From contig NC_057749.1 in assembly GCF_004010195.1 (NCBI RefSeq), forward strand, positions 10,146,241 to 10,206,314: a stretch of 60,074 bases of DNA. The letters are read 5' to 3'. The position numbers and the translations under genes were made by a program. The notes beneath the pieces were generated by a model. The model saw only the letters and a program-made list of their open reading frames with translations. It was not told where the DNA came from and did not search any database. Below are positions 26,740 to 38,833 of this stretch, piece after piece. This DNA is from Chiloscyllium plagiosum (lineage: Eukaryota). The stretch's first letter is position 1, and each line of letters opens with the position of its first letter.

Positions 26740-26852
26740 TGCGACTTTGCTTCAGTGTGTTGCTTTAGTCTACTGTGTGATATGTATGGGTAGCACGCAC
26801 AAAAAAAATCACTACTGTATCTCAGTGCATGTGACAGTAATAAAATCAAAAT
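26740..26852 (+). mobile_element. Rex1/Babar-like LINE 3' tail (another at 24562-24720 -)
   Basis: cactgtatctcagtgcatgtgacagtaataaaatcaaa-type terminus. Confidence 0.5.
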
Positions 26853-27107
26853 AGTTTTTGTATTTTTTGCTAATAGCTAATAACACCACAAAAAAAAATC
26901 AAAAACTATTTTGCAAAATGCCCAACGAGTAAGGCTTCTGGCAGATTTATGATCCGGCCCTGAAGTGTAATGAACAATTATTAGGAATGGGGGCCACATA
27001 AATGCTGGCAAATAGGACTAGACTTATTTAGGCTGTCTGATCAGCATGGACAAGTTAGAGCAAAGGGTCTGTTTCCGTCCTGCACAACTCTGACTCCATG
27101 CGACTTT

Positions 27108-27475
27108 TGAGAAGATTTTTAACTCAGGTTGATGTTGAAGTCGTAAGTTTGCTTGCTGAGCTGGTTAGGTTTGTTCTCAGACGTTTTGTCACCATGCCAG
27201 GTAACATCATCAGTGAGCTTCCATTGAAGCGCAGGTGTTCTGTCCTGCTTTCTATTTATGGGTCTTGGTCTGTTCCAGTGGGTGATATCATTTCCGGTTC
27301 TTTTTCTTAGAGGTTGACAAATGGGGTTCAAATCGGTGTGGTTATTGATGGGAGTTCCGGTTTGAATGCCAGACATCTAGGAATTCCCATGCAAAAGAAG
27401 GTTCACTGATGTTACTTCGCATGGGAATTCAACGTTTGAGAACAAACCTACCAGCTCAGCGAGCAAACTTACAAT
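27108..27475 (-). mobile_element. Penelope-like element end, family D (second copy ~15710-15940)
   Basis: The minus strand encodes an EFLDVWHSNRNS/INNHTDLNPICQPL GIY-YIG-type C-terminus; hammerhead-like CTCA-CTGATGA-T-GTTACC..GGTGAC-aAAAC-GTC-TGAG at 27176-27217; inverted arm at 27400-27475. Confidence 0.75.
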
Positions 27476-28167
27476 CTATAACAGGGAGGAGTTGTTCTAT
27501 AGATTGTATATACCCCACGTAACATAATTTGGACCAAGTATTTAGGAGCAATACCTCAATGTTGAGGCTGAGCTGGATAGATTTCTGAATTCCAAGGGAG
27601 TCAAGGACTGTGGAGTTGACAGGCAGGTTAGTGAATTTGAGGCCAATCCGAGTAACCATGATCTCATTGAATGATGGATCAGACTCATGAGATCAAATGG
27701 TGTAATTCTGCGCTTATTTTTCATGTTCCTTTCTTTTTATAATGTTAATGAAGACATGGAATAAGCTGCCATTGGATTGAGCTAAAATGCAAATTTGTAG
27801 TTGTGCCAGGATAAACCTATTCATGTAGGGAACTCATGAGAAAATGGAAACTCATTCAGGGATAGAGTAGATTACAGCAAGCATTTAGGTATGTTGTAGA
27901 CCCAGATAGAGGAAATGACAGGTGAGTTGCAGGATTTTTGATCAGCTAAGATGGAAATGGCCTCCTTCATCTACCTTTATGACCAGGGAAATACAAAGAG
28001 CCATTGGAAAGAGAGAGCTCAACACCCACTTTGTATTTTCTTCTTCTGTATTTCCAGCTCACACATAATTAGCATCAAGACCTACTATTGCCTCTTATTT
28101 GATCATACATAGCTTAGCTCGTGAGAACCTGACTTCTTTCTAAAAGGCTTTTTTTCTTCATTCACAG

Positions 28168-28201
28168 GAAAAACGTCCAGTCCCAGAACTCTGCCCTGGC
28201 G
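28168..28201 (+). CDS. sord: SORD-like gene, exon 2 (EKRPVPELCPG+G), 34 bp
   Basis: Polypyrimidine tract plus cacag acceptor and gtaagt donor; 34 bp, phase 0/1, as vertebrate SORD exon 2 (ENYPIPEPGPN). Confidence 0.92.
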
Positions 28202-28529
28202 GTAAGTCTGTCTATCCTGCTTAAGGTCTTTAAACAGTGTTATACGTATCAAAAATTGTTATTGCAGTGAGCTTCCCCTTAGTCAGTACCCAATGTCCAG
28301 AATTGTTCATGCAACCAGCAAAAGTTTCAACAAAAATTTGCCATTTTTATAAAATTTCTTCAAAAATGTTCCATTCTGCATTTGTTTACCAGGTATGGGG
28401 GTATTCCTCATCATCCCCACTAACAGTGTGACCCACCAACCCCCACCCCCATGCAGCCGCCATTACAGTCACAGCTCATTGAAGTTGTGATCGTATTAGA
28501 TCCAAAACCTTTCACCCACCAATCAGCTA

Positions 28530-29440
28530 TGTCCTCTAATGTGATTGCCACCCGAGCTCTAAAGGGAAAGCATGTTGTTTTGACTTTGAAACAGAAAACA
28601 GAAATATGTGAAAGTCTGGGAAAGAATGAAAATTGCAATGTGTGTATGTAGGAATTCAGTATTGATTCATCGACATAAGACGATGCTGCTCCTTTAACAA
28701 GGTTATGTTGTCCTTAGCTTTTTTTTCAGAGAGGTTGTAAAAAGACACAGGCTCTGAAAAGTCTGTGGTTGAGGGGTTTCAGGGCCAATCTAATTATAGC
28801 TAACAGATATTGCTCAGGCAGAAGGCTTTTAATTAAAAAAAAATGATTGGACAATGAAAGGAGAGTGGCCAGTTCTCCCAGCTCAGCATTACTCTGGTTT
28901 GGTTTGGTTTTTAGCGGTAGTGTGGAAAAAGCTGCTGGATCCCCAGAAGCAGGTCCATGCTGGTACTTTCTCTCTTTGACTTCTCTCCTGTAAGACCCTG
29001 TGTTTGATTTTATCTTTTGTGCCAAGGGGTGTTTATGGGGATCGTTGCAAGTATTGGGAACACGAGCATTAAGGTGGGATAATTTGTTGAGTTTTCGGAT
29101 GGGTTAAGTTATTCTGTATTCTGTTCTCTTTTGGTTGTGTTTCATTTGGTAATCTTGCAAATAAATTGTTTTGTTTAAAACTAAGTGGTTTGACCAGCTG
29201 CATCCCTCCTGGAATATCCACCTTACACCTGCTGAAAACAACTAGCAAAGTTAAGGCCTGGGCTACTTTCTTGAAATGTTTTGAGGGGATCTGGCCTGGT
29301 CCAAAACAGATATTAAAGTAGAAAGTGAAAAGCTGAAAGAGTTCTTTGCAAAATTGCAGACTGATAAAATTGTAGAGCACTGTAACATATCACACATCAG
29401 TTAGAGCATGATATGGCACTAAGAAGTCATAAGAACATAA
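28530..29440 (+). mobile_element. Tigger/pogo transposase N-terminal relic split by a ~630 bp insert
   Basis: KGKHVVLTLKQKTEICESLGKNEN...EFSIDSST (CENP-B-type HTH) resumes at ~29309 as DIKVESEKLKEFFAK. Confidence 0.65.
28676..29308 (+). mobile_element. Solo-LTR-like insertion
   Basis: Cleanly interrupts the Tigger frame; has AATAAA (~29160) and ends ..aaca; no clear TSD. Confidence 0.45.
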
Positions 29441-29476
29441 AGATGGTAATCTTCTAGTGTTGCCTGGAGTCCTTCA

Positions 29477-29795
29477 TCATGGAATCCCTACAGCACGGAA
29501 ACAAGCCCTTCGGCCCAACAAGTTCACACCGACCCCCTGAAGAGTAACCCACCCAAACATATTCCCCTACCCTATTACTCTACATTTCCCCTGACTAATG
29601 CATCCAACCTACACATTCCTGAACACTGTGAGCCATTTAGCATGGCCAATTCACCTAACCTGCACATCTTTGGATTGTGGGAGGAAATCCACGCAGACAC
29701 GGGGAGAATGTGTGGAGTTTGCACAATCACCCGAGGCTGGAATCGAACCTGGGTCCCTGGTGCTGTGAGACAGCAGTGCTAACCACTGTGCCATC
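29477..29795 (-). mobile_element. HE1-type V-SINE
   Basis: Family similarity. Confidence 0.88.
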
Positions 29796-30303
29796 CTCCA
29801 TGAACTCCTGGGTTCTATTGAGTAGCTTTAAGCTGCAGAAATCTATTCTGCAGTGCCAATCAGATCCTAGCTCCTAATTCACACAATATAACTTTAGCAT
29901 AGCTGCTGATTAGAGGTGGATCCTGAAGTTGACATTGCTACCGTGAGGCAGAAATGACTCAAGAAGACAACTTTATTTCTTGAATGGAAAATTAGGCCTT
30001 GCACAGCTTGGAAATTTGCTGCTTACTGCTCCCCAGAAGAAGCTGATCAAGGAAGCAGAGTTCCAGTGCTGTAAAGTTATGTCGTCATAGAAAATTTTTT
30101 GACATGTCTGAAGCATGTACATCCTGATTTGCTGATGATTCTCCATTCCTGTGCAGTTTTTCTTGCAGACAGATGTATTTAGTCAATCTTCAAATCTGTC
30201 TTCATGCCCTTTCCTTCTTCATGTTAGTTATGTGCATTTAAATAACCTTTTCTTTCAGTCCACCTAGCATTTTATCCATTTCAGCAAGTATCGGAGATAT
30301 TAA

Positions 30304-30529
30304 TGATTTGGAGATGCCGGTGTTGGACTGGGGTGTACAAAGTTAAAAATCACACAACACCAGGTTATAGTCCAACAGGTTTAATTGGAAGCGCGCTAGC
30401 TTTCAGAGCACCGCTCCTTCAGGTTGTGGAGTCCATTATCACCTGGTGAAGGAGCAGCGCTCCGAAAGCTAGCGCGCTTCCAATTAAACCTGTTGGACTA
30501 TAACCTGGTTTTGTGTAATTTTTAACAGC
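30304..30529. mobile_element. Family C fold-back insert
   Basis: ~80 bp inverted arms (gttaaaaatcacacaacaccaggttatagtccaacagg...); TSD gatattaa (30296-30303 / 30530-30537). Confidence 0.85.
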
Positions 30530-30664
30530 GATATTAACGTATACATTTTAACTGTCTTTTCATGGATTACGGTGTCTCTAAACTCATCAACCATTGTAGA
30601 AGCATTCAAATTAGAAGCAGGAATAGGCCTGAAATAGCCGAGAGAGCCAATCAGTTTAAGGACT

Positions 30665-30885
30665 AAAACAAAACAAAGAACTGTAGGCGCTGAAGACCTG
30701 AAGTGAAAAACAGGAATTGCTGGAGAAACTCAGCACGTCTAGCAGCATCTCTAGAGAGAAAGCAGAGTCAGTGTTTCGAGTCCAATGCCCCTTCTTCAGA
30801 AGACATCTCAAAATATTAACTCTGTTTCTCTCTCCACACATGCTGCCAGACCTGCTGAGGTTCTCCAGCGCTCTCTGTTTTTGGT
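30665..30885. mobile_element. Penelope-like fold-back insert, family B (related pieces at ~1845-1945, 4090-4205, 6885-6990, 19440-19620)
   Basis: Inverted gctggagaaactcagcaggtctggcagcatctgtggagaga arms; imperfect 14 bp TSD (30651-30664 / 30886-30899). The copy at 6954-6983 (-) has an intact CTGAGGA-A-GGGTC-acca-GACCC-GAAAC-GTT core. Confidence 0.7.
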
Positions 30886-32466
30886 TCAGTTCAAGGGCTG
30901 CCAGTGATGGGTAACAATTTCCTCAAATTCCAGGAGTAGCAATTACTGTTTTATAAGCTGTTGTACTGTTTTGGAATATTGAGGGGCAAAAAGATAAAAA
31001 CAACAGCACTTTAAAAAGGAGGGAGATAGACAAAGGCAGAGACCATATGATCAGAGAAAGAAACCAACACTGCTGCCTGTCACAGCAGTGAATCTGCACA
31101 GTTACAGTGATTAAAAGGCATCTGGATGGTTATATGAATAAGAAAGGTTTGGAGGGAAATGGACTGGGTGCTGACAGATGGGACTAGATTGGGTTGGGAT
31201 ACTTGGTTGGCATGGACGGGTTGGACCGAAGGGTCTGTTTCCGTGTTGTACATCTCTATGACCTAAATGCCGGTCTTGCCACCAATGCCCACATCCCATA
31301 TAAGAATAAAAAACAATTAATTCAGCATTACCCTTCCTTTAATATCTCTGGATCACTTCCCTGTAGAATTTCTTTGTTTACTTTTGTCAATATGTGATTG
31401 CAAATTTTCAACCTGCTTTCTGAGTGTACATTTTGATATTTTGATGCATGTCGCACTGCAATGCAGTGCCTGGGCTGAACACATGTTTCCTGAATAAAAT
31501 GACATTAATTTTTCAAAACAAAATATCCTTCAAGTTGCCAGTTGAACTCTGGACTACTCCTTTGAAATGATCCTCTCTCCAAGTTAAAGTTAGAACGTTT
31601 AAAGAAACATTTGGACAGACACACAAATAAAAAATGTTTAGAGGGATATGGGCCAAACACAGGCAAGTGGGACTAGATTAAGTTGAGAAACCTGGTTAGC
31701 ATGGATGAGTTGGACCGAAGGGCCTGTTTCCGTGTTGTAGGGCTTTCTGAACCAGAGACAAAATAATCCAAATGTGTGAGACTCTAGGATGGTAACTATA
31801 TCCATTGGCTAGCTCCAGTACTTAATACCTTGCTTCCTCTTGTTATCTGAATTTGATTAGTATGTTGAAGTCAAATATAACCAAGCTGGTTGTACAAACA
31901 TTTAATGTCACCAAAAAACAGACAGGTTTGGGCAGGGTGGGGTTTAAGACCTGAACAATTCTGTTTCCCCACCCAGACCCGTTGTTGACACATCTAATTC
32001 TGGCTTTAACTGAGACTGGATGATGCGCAGGAGATTAACCCGCTCCAAGGAGTGGGGTTGGAACTCTAGATAGAATCGTTGCCAGGTCCAAGTCTTCTTG
32101 CGGTTTTTCACCTTTAACCCTGGAGTGCTGTGTGTCAGGATAACCTGGCAGCTTCATCGAGCAAAGGATTTGGGAGGATCGGGAGGTGAGTTACACCTCA
32201 CACCTTGACCCCTGGCACCTGCCTGAAGAGTGTTCTCAATCAGGCACTGATTCCACAATGAGACCTCTGCCACTACCCAGACCCCCAAATCTTGATTGGC
32301 AGATGAATTAATTAATTAATTAATATTTTATACAGATTATATTGTTTCTATATCAAGTTAAGCAAAATTGTGTGTTGTTCCAATCTTTACAAGATTTTAA
32401 CATTTTTACTTTCATTCCACAATGTAAGCACAAAACCCTATCTTATTGCTGTGCTGTTCATTTCAG

Positions 32467-32631
32467 ATGTCCTTGTGAAGATGGGTTTTGTTGGGATCTG
32501 TAGTTCAGATATCCATTTCTGGTGTGAAGGAAAGTTTGGGGATTGGGTCGTCAAGAAACCCCTTGTTCTTGGGCATGAAGCAGCAGGGACTGTGTGTAAA
32601 GTGTCCTGTGGCGTGAACCATCTCAAAGCAG
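32467..32631 (+). CDS. sord: SORD-like gene, exon 3 (DVLVKMGFVGICSSDIHFWCEGKFGDWVVKKPLVLGHEAAGTVCKVSCGVNHLKA), 165 bp
   Basis: tttcag acceptor, gtagg donor; contains the GIC and GHExxG zinc-MDR motifs; size and phase match SORD exon 3. Confidence 0.96.
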
Positions 32632-32709
32632 GTAGGTCGAAATACAGTCCTTATGTTGAGCTTTTCCCATTTGCAATTTGTCTTGAGCAATCAAAATAAT
32701 AAAGAGCTT

Positions 32710-32955
32710 GGGAACTGTTTGTCCAGGGAACTTGTTGCTGAAGGCCTAGGGCAAAGGTACTGGTTGCTAAAGGTCAAAGGACTTGTTGCTAAGGACCCCA
32801 GAGCTGGTTGCTAAGGATCCCAAGCTTCGTTGTCATAGACTGGTATGTAAGGGTCAAGCAACTGGTTCACAAGGTTCAAGGGATTGGTTCCCTAAAGGTG
32901 AAGGGACTAGTTTCCAAGGCCACAGGGTTAGCTTATCTGAGACTGTTTGCTAAGT
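32710..32955 (+). repeat. Degenerate ~20 bp minisatellite just downstream of SORD exon 3
   Basis: Repeated ggactggttgctaagg-like units. Confidence 0.7.
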
Positions 32956-34332
32956 CTGGTTTTGAAGGGCTATGTTGGAGTAGTAAATATAATTTGGGTC
33001 CAAAACAATTTTCTCAAGGTTGAGGGTGAAGCTTTTCTTCATCCTTGAATCCAAATAAATTGCTACATCCATAGTGACAAGGTTATCTTGTGGGTGCAGG
33101 CGTTGCATTGCATTTATTCATGGGGTCATCGACACTGGCTAGGCCCATCTCCAATTACCCCTGAGAAAGGTGATCTGTCACCTTGAATTACTGCAGTCTT
33201 TGTGGTGCAGTTACACACAGTGCTGCTAGGTGGGGAGTTCTCGGATTTTGATCCAGTGACAGTGAAGGAACAATATGGTTATAACTGTAATATTTTTGCA
33301 GGGAATCGGATGGTGCATTATGTTGGGACGTGATGGTTTTACCTCTGAGGTCCTTAAAACCCACCTTGATCACCATGGAAATCGGATCTTGAAACAGTTT
33401 TTGGGCAGTGCTTCATATAGGAAGCAGTTAAGCAGATGATTGGGATTCTTAGATTAATTCATTGACTGCATTAAAGGTAATAGATGAAAGAAAAATACCA
33501 CAGGTGATCTGGTGATGGGGAAAATAAACTGTGTTTAAGTAATGAGTGCTTGTTGTGGGTACATGGATACAGCGGTAATGGGTACATACCTCTCAGCCAG
33601 GAGAGCTAGGTTCCAATCCCATCTGCTCCAGCATTATCAAATAACGTCTTTAAACAGGTTGAGAAATCACCATTGACTGGGTAGATGGGAAGGGGGTAGT
33701 GATTCTCATGGTGTGGTAGTAGTGTTCCTACTTCTGAGACAGGAAGCCTTGGTTCAAGTCCTGCCTCCTCTCAAGATGTGTCATAACACTCCTGAACAGA
33801 TTGATTAAAAGGTGGGACTGGTGTGTAGAAGGAGCCGTAAGACTGATTAGTTATTAATCTCTATGCACAATGTACTTGGTTTGTATTTCATTGCTGGCTT
33901 AGATCCAAATTGACAATGAAGCAGAGATGGTTGCCTAAAGGTGGAGATTGGAAACTAAAAGTTCTTTTCAGATAGAAGCTTGTAATTTGAGTTAGTTTTG
34001 AGAAGAATGGCTGAAAGTATCAAGATGCAATTTCTCACCGATGTTCTATGATGCTAAACCTTCTGATCAATAGAAAAATGGTGTAGAGCTAGGGAAGTGG
34101 GTTACATCCTTATTACTTAAAGTAAAAATAAGGTATGACCTTGAAACTGCTTGCACACTTACAGAAACAAGTGATGAGGCACCATGAACTTCATATAGCA
34201 TCTGCTGGACAATTGTGAGGACCAGACTATCACTGATGCAAAATGACTGAATGCAGACAGCATGATACAGAGATACAGGGATAAGGCTATTATCTAAGTA
34301 GGCAACTACTGAAAATTGGCAGTATAGATAGT

Positions 34333-34528
34333 ATAGTGCAACCCCGCATTGTAGAACAATTGCGCTTTAGAAACAGCACTTAAAATATTGGTGATGTAAT
34401 CACGTTACAGCCAACATGCATTTTAAAAGTTTGCGCTTTAGAAACAGTGTCCCCAGTTTGTCACTTTGTGTTAACGAAACCTAATGAATTTGCATTAACG
34501 AAACTGCATTATAGCAGAACGACCTCTA
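34333..34528. mobile_element. Probable short Tc1/pogo-type MITE inside the copia relic
   Basis: Internal repeats (ttgcgctttagaaacag x2, ttaacgaaac x2) and a TIR-like end ttatagcagaacgacctcta. Confidence 0.4.
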
Positions 34529-35550
34529 AAGTATCAGGTGCCAACAGGGGGTCTGAGAATAGAGGAATGCCACCATTACAGGGAGAGCAGGAAATGACAT
34601 CAGCAAATACAATTATTGACTAAATGTGAAAGATGAGAGTCAGGAGGTAAGATCCATCGATTGGAAAAATGAAAGAAAGCTGAGGAAGGCCAGGGAATGC
34701 AGTGCAGGTTTTGGAAGTGGACCAGGTTCCTTGAATATGGATGAAGGAAGAGATTGCAAGCGTGCACAAGGAATTATAATCCTAGGAGGGGGAGATTTTA
34801 TAGTAGTAATCCAAGAACCAAATAGGAAGATGAGTAGATGTGACAGTTTTATAGGAACAAGGACTATGGAACTGGCTGGGAATGCCACAGTAAGTAGAAT
34901 CCCTTATGACTGGGAGTTTTCAGGTTACAAACCAACTCTAGGTTATGTTGATAAAGAATGGCGGATAAAGAGTAAGCAGGAAATAGTTTGGTATAGTAGA
35001 AAGGGGATGAGCAGCCTTATCATTCAAATGGATATACACAAGAAAAATGGGACATACAATGGCTCAGGGATTTGAAGAGAAACTTGGAGATCAGGCTGTT
35101 AGAGTAGTATTACACTGCAGGAAACGTGGAAATGTTCTGATGTCTATTTTTGCAGGGTGAAAGATTTCAAGGGGAAATATTTCTGAAACACCTAAAGAAA
35201 TGAGTGATATAGAAGGGAAGCTATGGAAAATAGAAATGAACAAAGGTGTTTATGGGTTGAATGATGCAGCATGGTATGGTATTTCTCAGTTAGTAACCCC
35301 CTCACCATCCCCTACAATCACTAAACACTTGCTGAAAGAAAGTTACATTGAGCTTAAAATAGTTGCAATAATGTTCTACTAGTATATAGAGAGAAACTGA
35401 CAAGCATCTTTATAATGCACGTCAAAGATTTTCTATGGTAAGATGCTAAAGAATTTGACAATGTATGATAGACGAAAGGGAATTTAAATGCAAAAGGTTA
35501 GATAGTAAACATTAGTCGTGAATTTTGATCAACAGTCCTCCTTGGAAAGT

Positions 35551-35786
35551 TTCAGAAGTCACACAACACCAGGTTATAGTCCAACAGGTTTATTTGAAGT
35601 CACAAGCTTTCGGAGCACTGCTCCCTCGTCAGGTGAAGATGGAGGGTTAGACTTCACCCGACAAAGGAGCAGTGCTCTGAAAGCTTGTGACTTCAAATAA
35701 ACCTGTTGGAATATAACTGAGTGTCATGTGACTTCTGTCTTTGTCCACCCGCATCCAACTCCGGTGCCTCCACATCATGGCTACAC
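35551..35786. mobile_element. Family C variant fold-back insert, intact hammerhead at 35600-35636 (-)
   Basis: Inverted arms; the minus strand reads TCAC-CTGACGA-G-GGAGC-agt-GCTCC-GAAAG-CTT-GTGA; TSD ggaaagt. Confidence 0.82.
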
Positions 35787-36439
35787 GGAAAGTGTTATTC
35801 ACGTCCCAGTTCATTGAAACAGGTTCTCACAGAAAAATGATTTTGCATCGAGAGAGGAAACCGACAAGTTATGCCAGTTAAACTGGTGGTGTAGTCAGAC
35901 TAGGCTTGACTCCAGGTATAACATAGTGGAGCTGACTGCTTTTATTGAGGAAGTCTGAAGCAGTATTCCCTGTGAGTAGGTTATGTGTTCCCCGGTCAGA
36001 TGGCAGAAAGCAGCCTGGCAGATTTGATTATCAGCCAGCCATTCAGAGATCTTAGAGATCCATGCAGCCGTCCGAAACATGAATGGAAGCATAGGTGTGG
36101 AGAGCAAATAAAACATTCGCCAAATGAAATTCTGAAAAACGCATACCTATGTTTCCAGTGTTGGATCTGGTCCAGCATTCTATACACGTCCTTTTTTTAG
36201 TAATAGTGTATATACCAGTCTTTCAGGTGGCTATTCTAACATGGCAAAGTTCATCATACTTTTAATGGGAGTCAATAATTAATGCTGTGCATTGGTCTGG
36301 GAAGCGTGGACAGTAAAAACAGGTGGTTGAAGGCATCTTTGCTGCTGACAAGCTGTATCTAGAAGAAGCTTTAGATACAGGGGTGTATTCATAGGATTTT
36401 TCTGAAGGAAATTCTGTTCAAGAAGCAATCTGAAAGATT

Positions 36440-36870
36440 TGGGTTGGAGGATTTCAGCTATTGGGAGAGGCTGAATAGGCTGGGGCTGTTTTCCCTGGAG
36501 CGTCAGAGGGTGAAGGGTGACCTTATAGAGGTTTATAAAATCATGAGGGGCACGGATAGGGTAAATAGACAAGGGGTGGGGAAGTCCAGAACTTGAGGGC
36601 ATAGATCTATAGTGAGAGGGGGAAAATTTAAAAGGGACCTAAGGGGCAACTTTTCACGCAGAGGGTGGCGAGTATTTGGAATGAGCTGCCCGAGGAAGTA
36701 GTGGAGGCTGGTACAATTTCAACATTTAAAAGACATCTGGATGGAAGGATTTAGAGGGGTAGGGCCAAGTGCAAATAAATGGGACTATATTAATTTAGGA
36801 TATCTGGTCTGCATGGATAAGTTGGACAGAAGGCTCTGTTTTTGTACCGTGTATCTCCATGACTCAATGA
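36440..36870 (+). mobile_element. CR1/HER1 3' fragment inside the copia relic
   Basis: Family similarity. Confidence 0.88.
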
Positions 36871-37452
36871 TGGGTCCAAGCAGCTCATTGGGATAAATTA
36901 TAGATGGTTTAATCAACTCACTCCCATTATTTTCAAAGATGATTGTAGGAAATGGAATAATATGCTAACGTAATAGTGAGCGCTCTTGGGAGGGCCATGA
37001 CAAATGGACAGTAAAAGGAGCAGCCAACTTGGCATTGACCTGCAGTGAGAGGGTTTGATACTAACCTTGGCAGTGGAAATGGAAAAGGGAGGGTTTTGTT
37101 GTATTCTCAGCACATTGGACATATTTTAAGAAAATGAACTTATCCAACCACAGTACTCCATCGACCATTGATACAATTGTTGAAAGGTACTTGATTTATA
37201 TGAGAGGGTAATGTTAATTAAAATCAATGTCTTGTGGCACAGGCGACAATATCCCTGCCTGTCCAGGTTCACGGCCCCTTTCTCGACTTGATGTCCATGG
37301 AAGAAGCAAGTAATAATGCCACTACACAATTTGATAATCAGCTTGTAAATCCTTCCAATACACCTACAGCAGGTGATAGGAATGGGAGAGTCTTCAGATC
37401 AGAAATACTTGACACAGACTGGTGCACCTTAAACTATAGCCTCTGGCTTCAG

Positions 37453-37533
37453 TTAAAAATCACACAACACCAGGTTATAGTCCAACAGGTTTATTTGGAA
37501 GCACTAGCTTTCTGAGCGCCACTCCTTCATCAG
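37453..37533 (-). mobile_element. Family C single-arm insert ending exactly at the hammerhead CTGATGA
   Basis: 12 bp TSD ctctggc(t/c)tcag (37441-37452 / 37534-37545). Confidence 0.8.
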
Positions 37534-37875
37534 CTCTGGCCTCAGGTTAGCTTCTGGCTTCCTTGTGCCTCTCATACCTCTAGGCATGTGTAGAGTGTTG
37601 ACAGAGAGGATATTAATCTAATCCATGTACATGCAAACTGGTGAGGTGGCATACACTGTTGCTAATCTTTCCTAACCTATTTTACATTTGAACGTGGTTA
37701 GACTAAAATTAATTCCCATTAACTTTAGCAGCCGAATGGTACATAGATCCTCTAATGGGTTTTCCCCCCAAAGTATGATCTCTGATTCATCTAATTTGTT
37801 GCATTTGTTATTGACAGTACACAGATCTTCACTGTTCATTGTGCACTAAGTATCCATGTTTATCCTTTGCTGCAG

Positions 37876-38035
37876 GTGACAAGGTTGTTATTGAACCCAT
37901 CGTCCCCAGGGAGAATGATGAATATGTTAGAATTGGGCGCTACAACCTGTCCCCAACATGCTTCATGGCTGGCTTTCCTCCTGATGATGGAACTATGTGC
38001 CGATATTATGTCCACAAAGCCAACTACTGTTACAA
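37876..38035 (+). CDS. sord: SORD-like gene, exon 4 ([54 protein letters not shown]), 160 bp
   Basis: tgcag acceptor, gttagt donor; PRENDE..GRYNLSP..PPDDG is typical of vertebrate SORD (no structural-Zn Cys cluster); 160 bp, phase 1/2. Exons 5-9 were not found in the window. Confidence 0.96.
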
Positions 38036-38833
38036 GTTAGTCCGTCACCGACTGTATTAATGATATTGTTGTTACTGAAAGTTATTTAAATTCCTCTTTA
38101 GTGCAGCCTGAGTATTTTAGCACAGGGATACCGACAGGGGCAGCTGGACTGAAGTGCACTCTGATAAACCAGGCTAGTAGGTGCTGAAGGAAACAGATGT
38201 TGTAGAATGGTTGATTCCTGGCCAATGCCGCACATGTGTGGTTGTTGCTACTCCCTTATCATTAGTCTTGTCCCACCTGCAGGAAGGTAGCATCTCTGGT
38301 GATAGGGTGTAGTTGGGAAGAGGTTACCCTGGGTGGCCTTGACTTTGTCTCTGGATTCCATGAAATGTCATAGCGTCAGGTTAAACACGAGCAGTGAAGC
38401 CTCTTTCCTATTTGCTCCTTACTCTCCTCAAATGCCACCCTCCCCAGCTGCTGAAGTAGTTTTCCTCTATGTTGAACTTCACTAGGAGGGAACAATGAGG
38501 GTGGCAAGGGCACAGAGTTTACTCTGGGTGGATGACTTCAATGTCCATCATCCAGATTGACTGACTGGGCAGCATCCCTGCTGACTGATCTGGTTGAGTC
38601 TGGAAGGACACAGCTGCTGGACAGGTTCTGAGGCAAGTGGTGAGGAAAAATGCTCTTGACCTCATCTCCAGCAATCTGCAGACTGCAGGTTTGTCTGTCC
38701 ATGACAGTATCACTAAGAGTGACAACTGCACAGCCCTTGTGGAGGTGAAACCTGCTCTTCAAATTGAGGATACTTTCCATTATGTGTGTGGCCCTGTCAC
38801 CATGCTAGATGGAGTAGACTTCAAACAGGTCCA

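Larger units (their letters stand above)
34010..37100 (+). mobile_element. Highly decayed Ty1/copia (GalEa-like) LTR retrotransposon relic
   Basis: Ordered remnants: gag start (~34040), ITGRAG..LNV..SIDW (~34570-34670), FLQG..LWK..VYGLNDA (~35145-35275), MHVKDFLW (~35415), QLNW...QTRLD (~35875), RNase H-like (~36190-36330). Confidence 0.65.

Noticed and set aside
32370..32699. 109 aa ORF (and the 73 aa ORF at 37839-38060) as standalone genes
   Set aside because: These are SORD exons 3 and 4 read through flanking intron; splice sites define the real limits.
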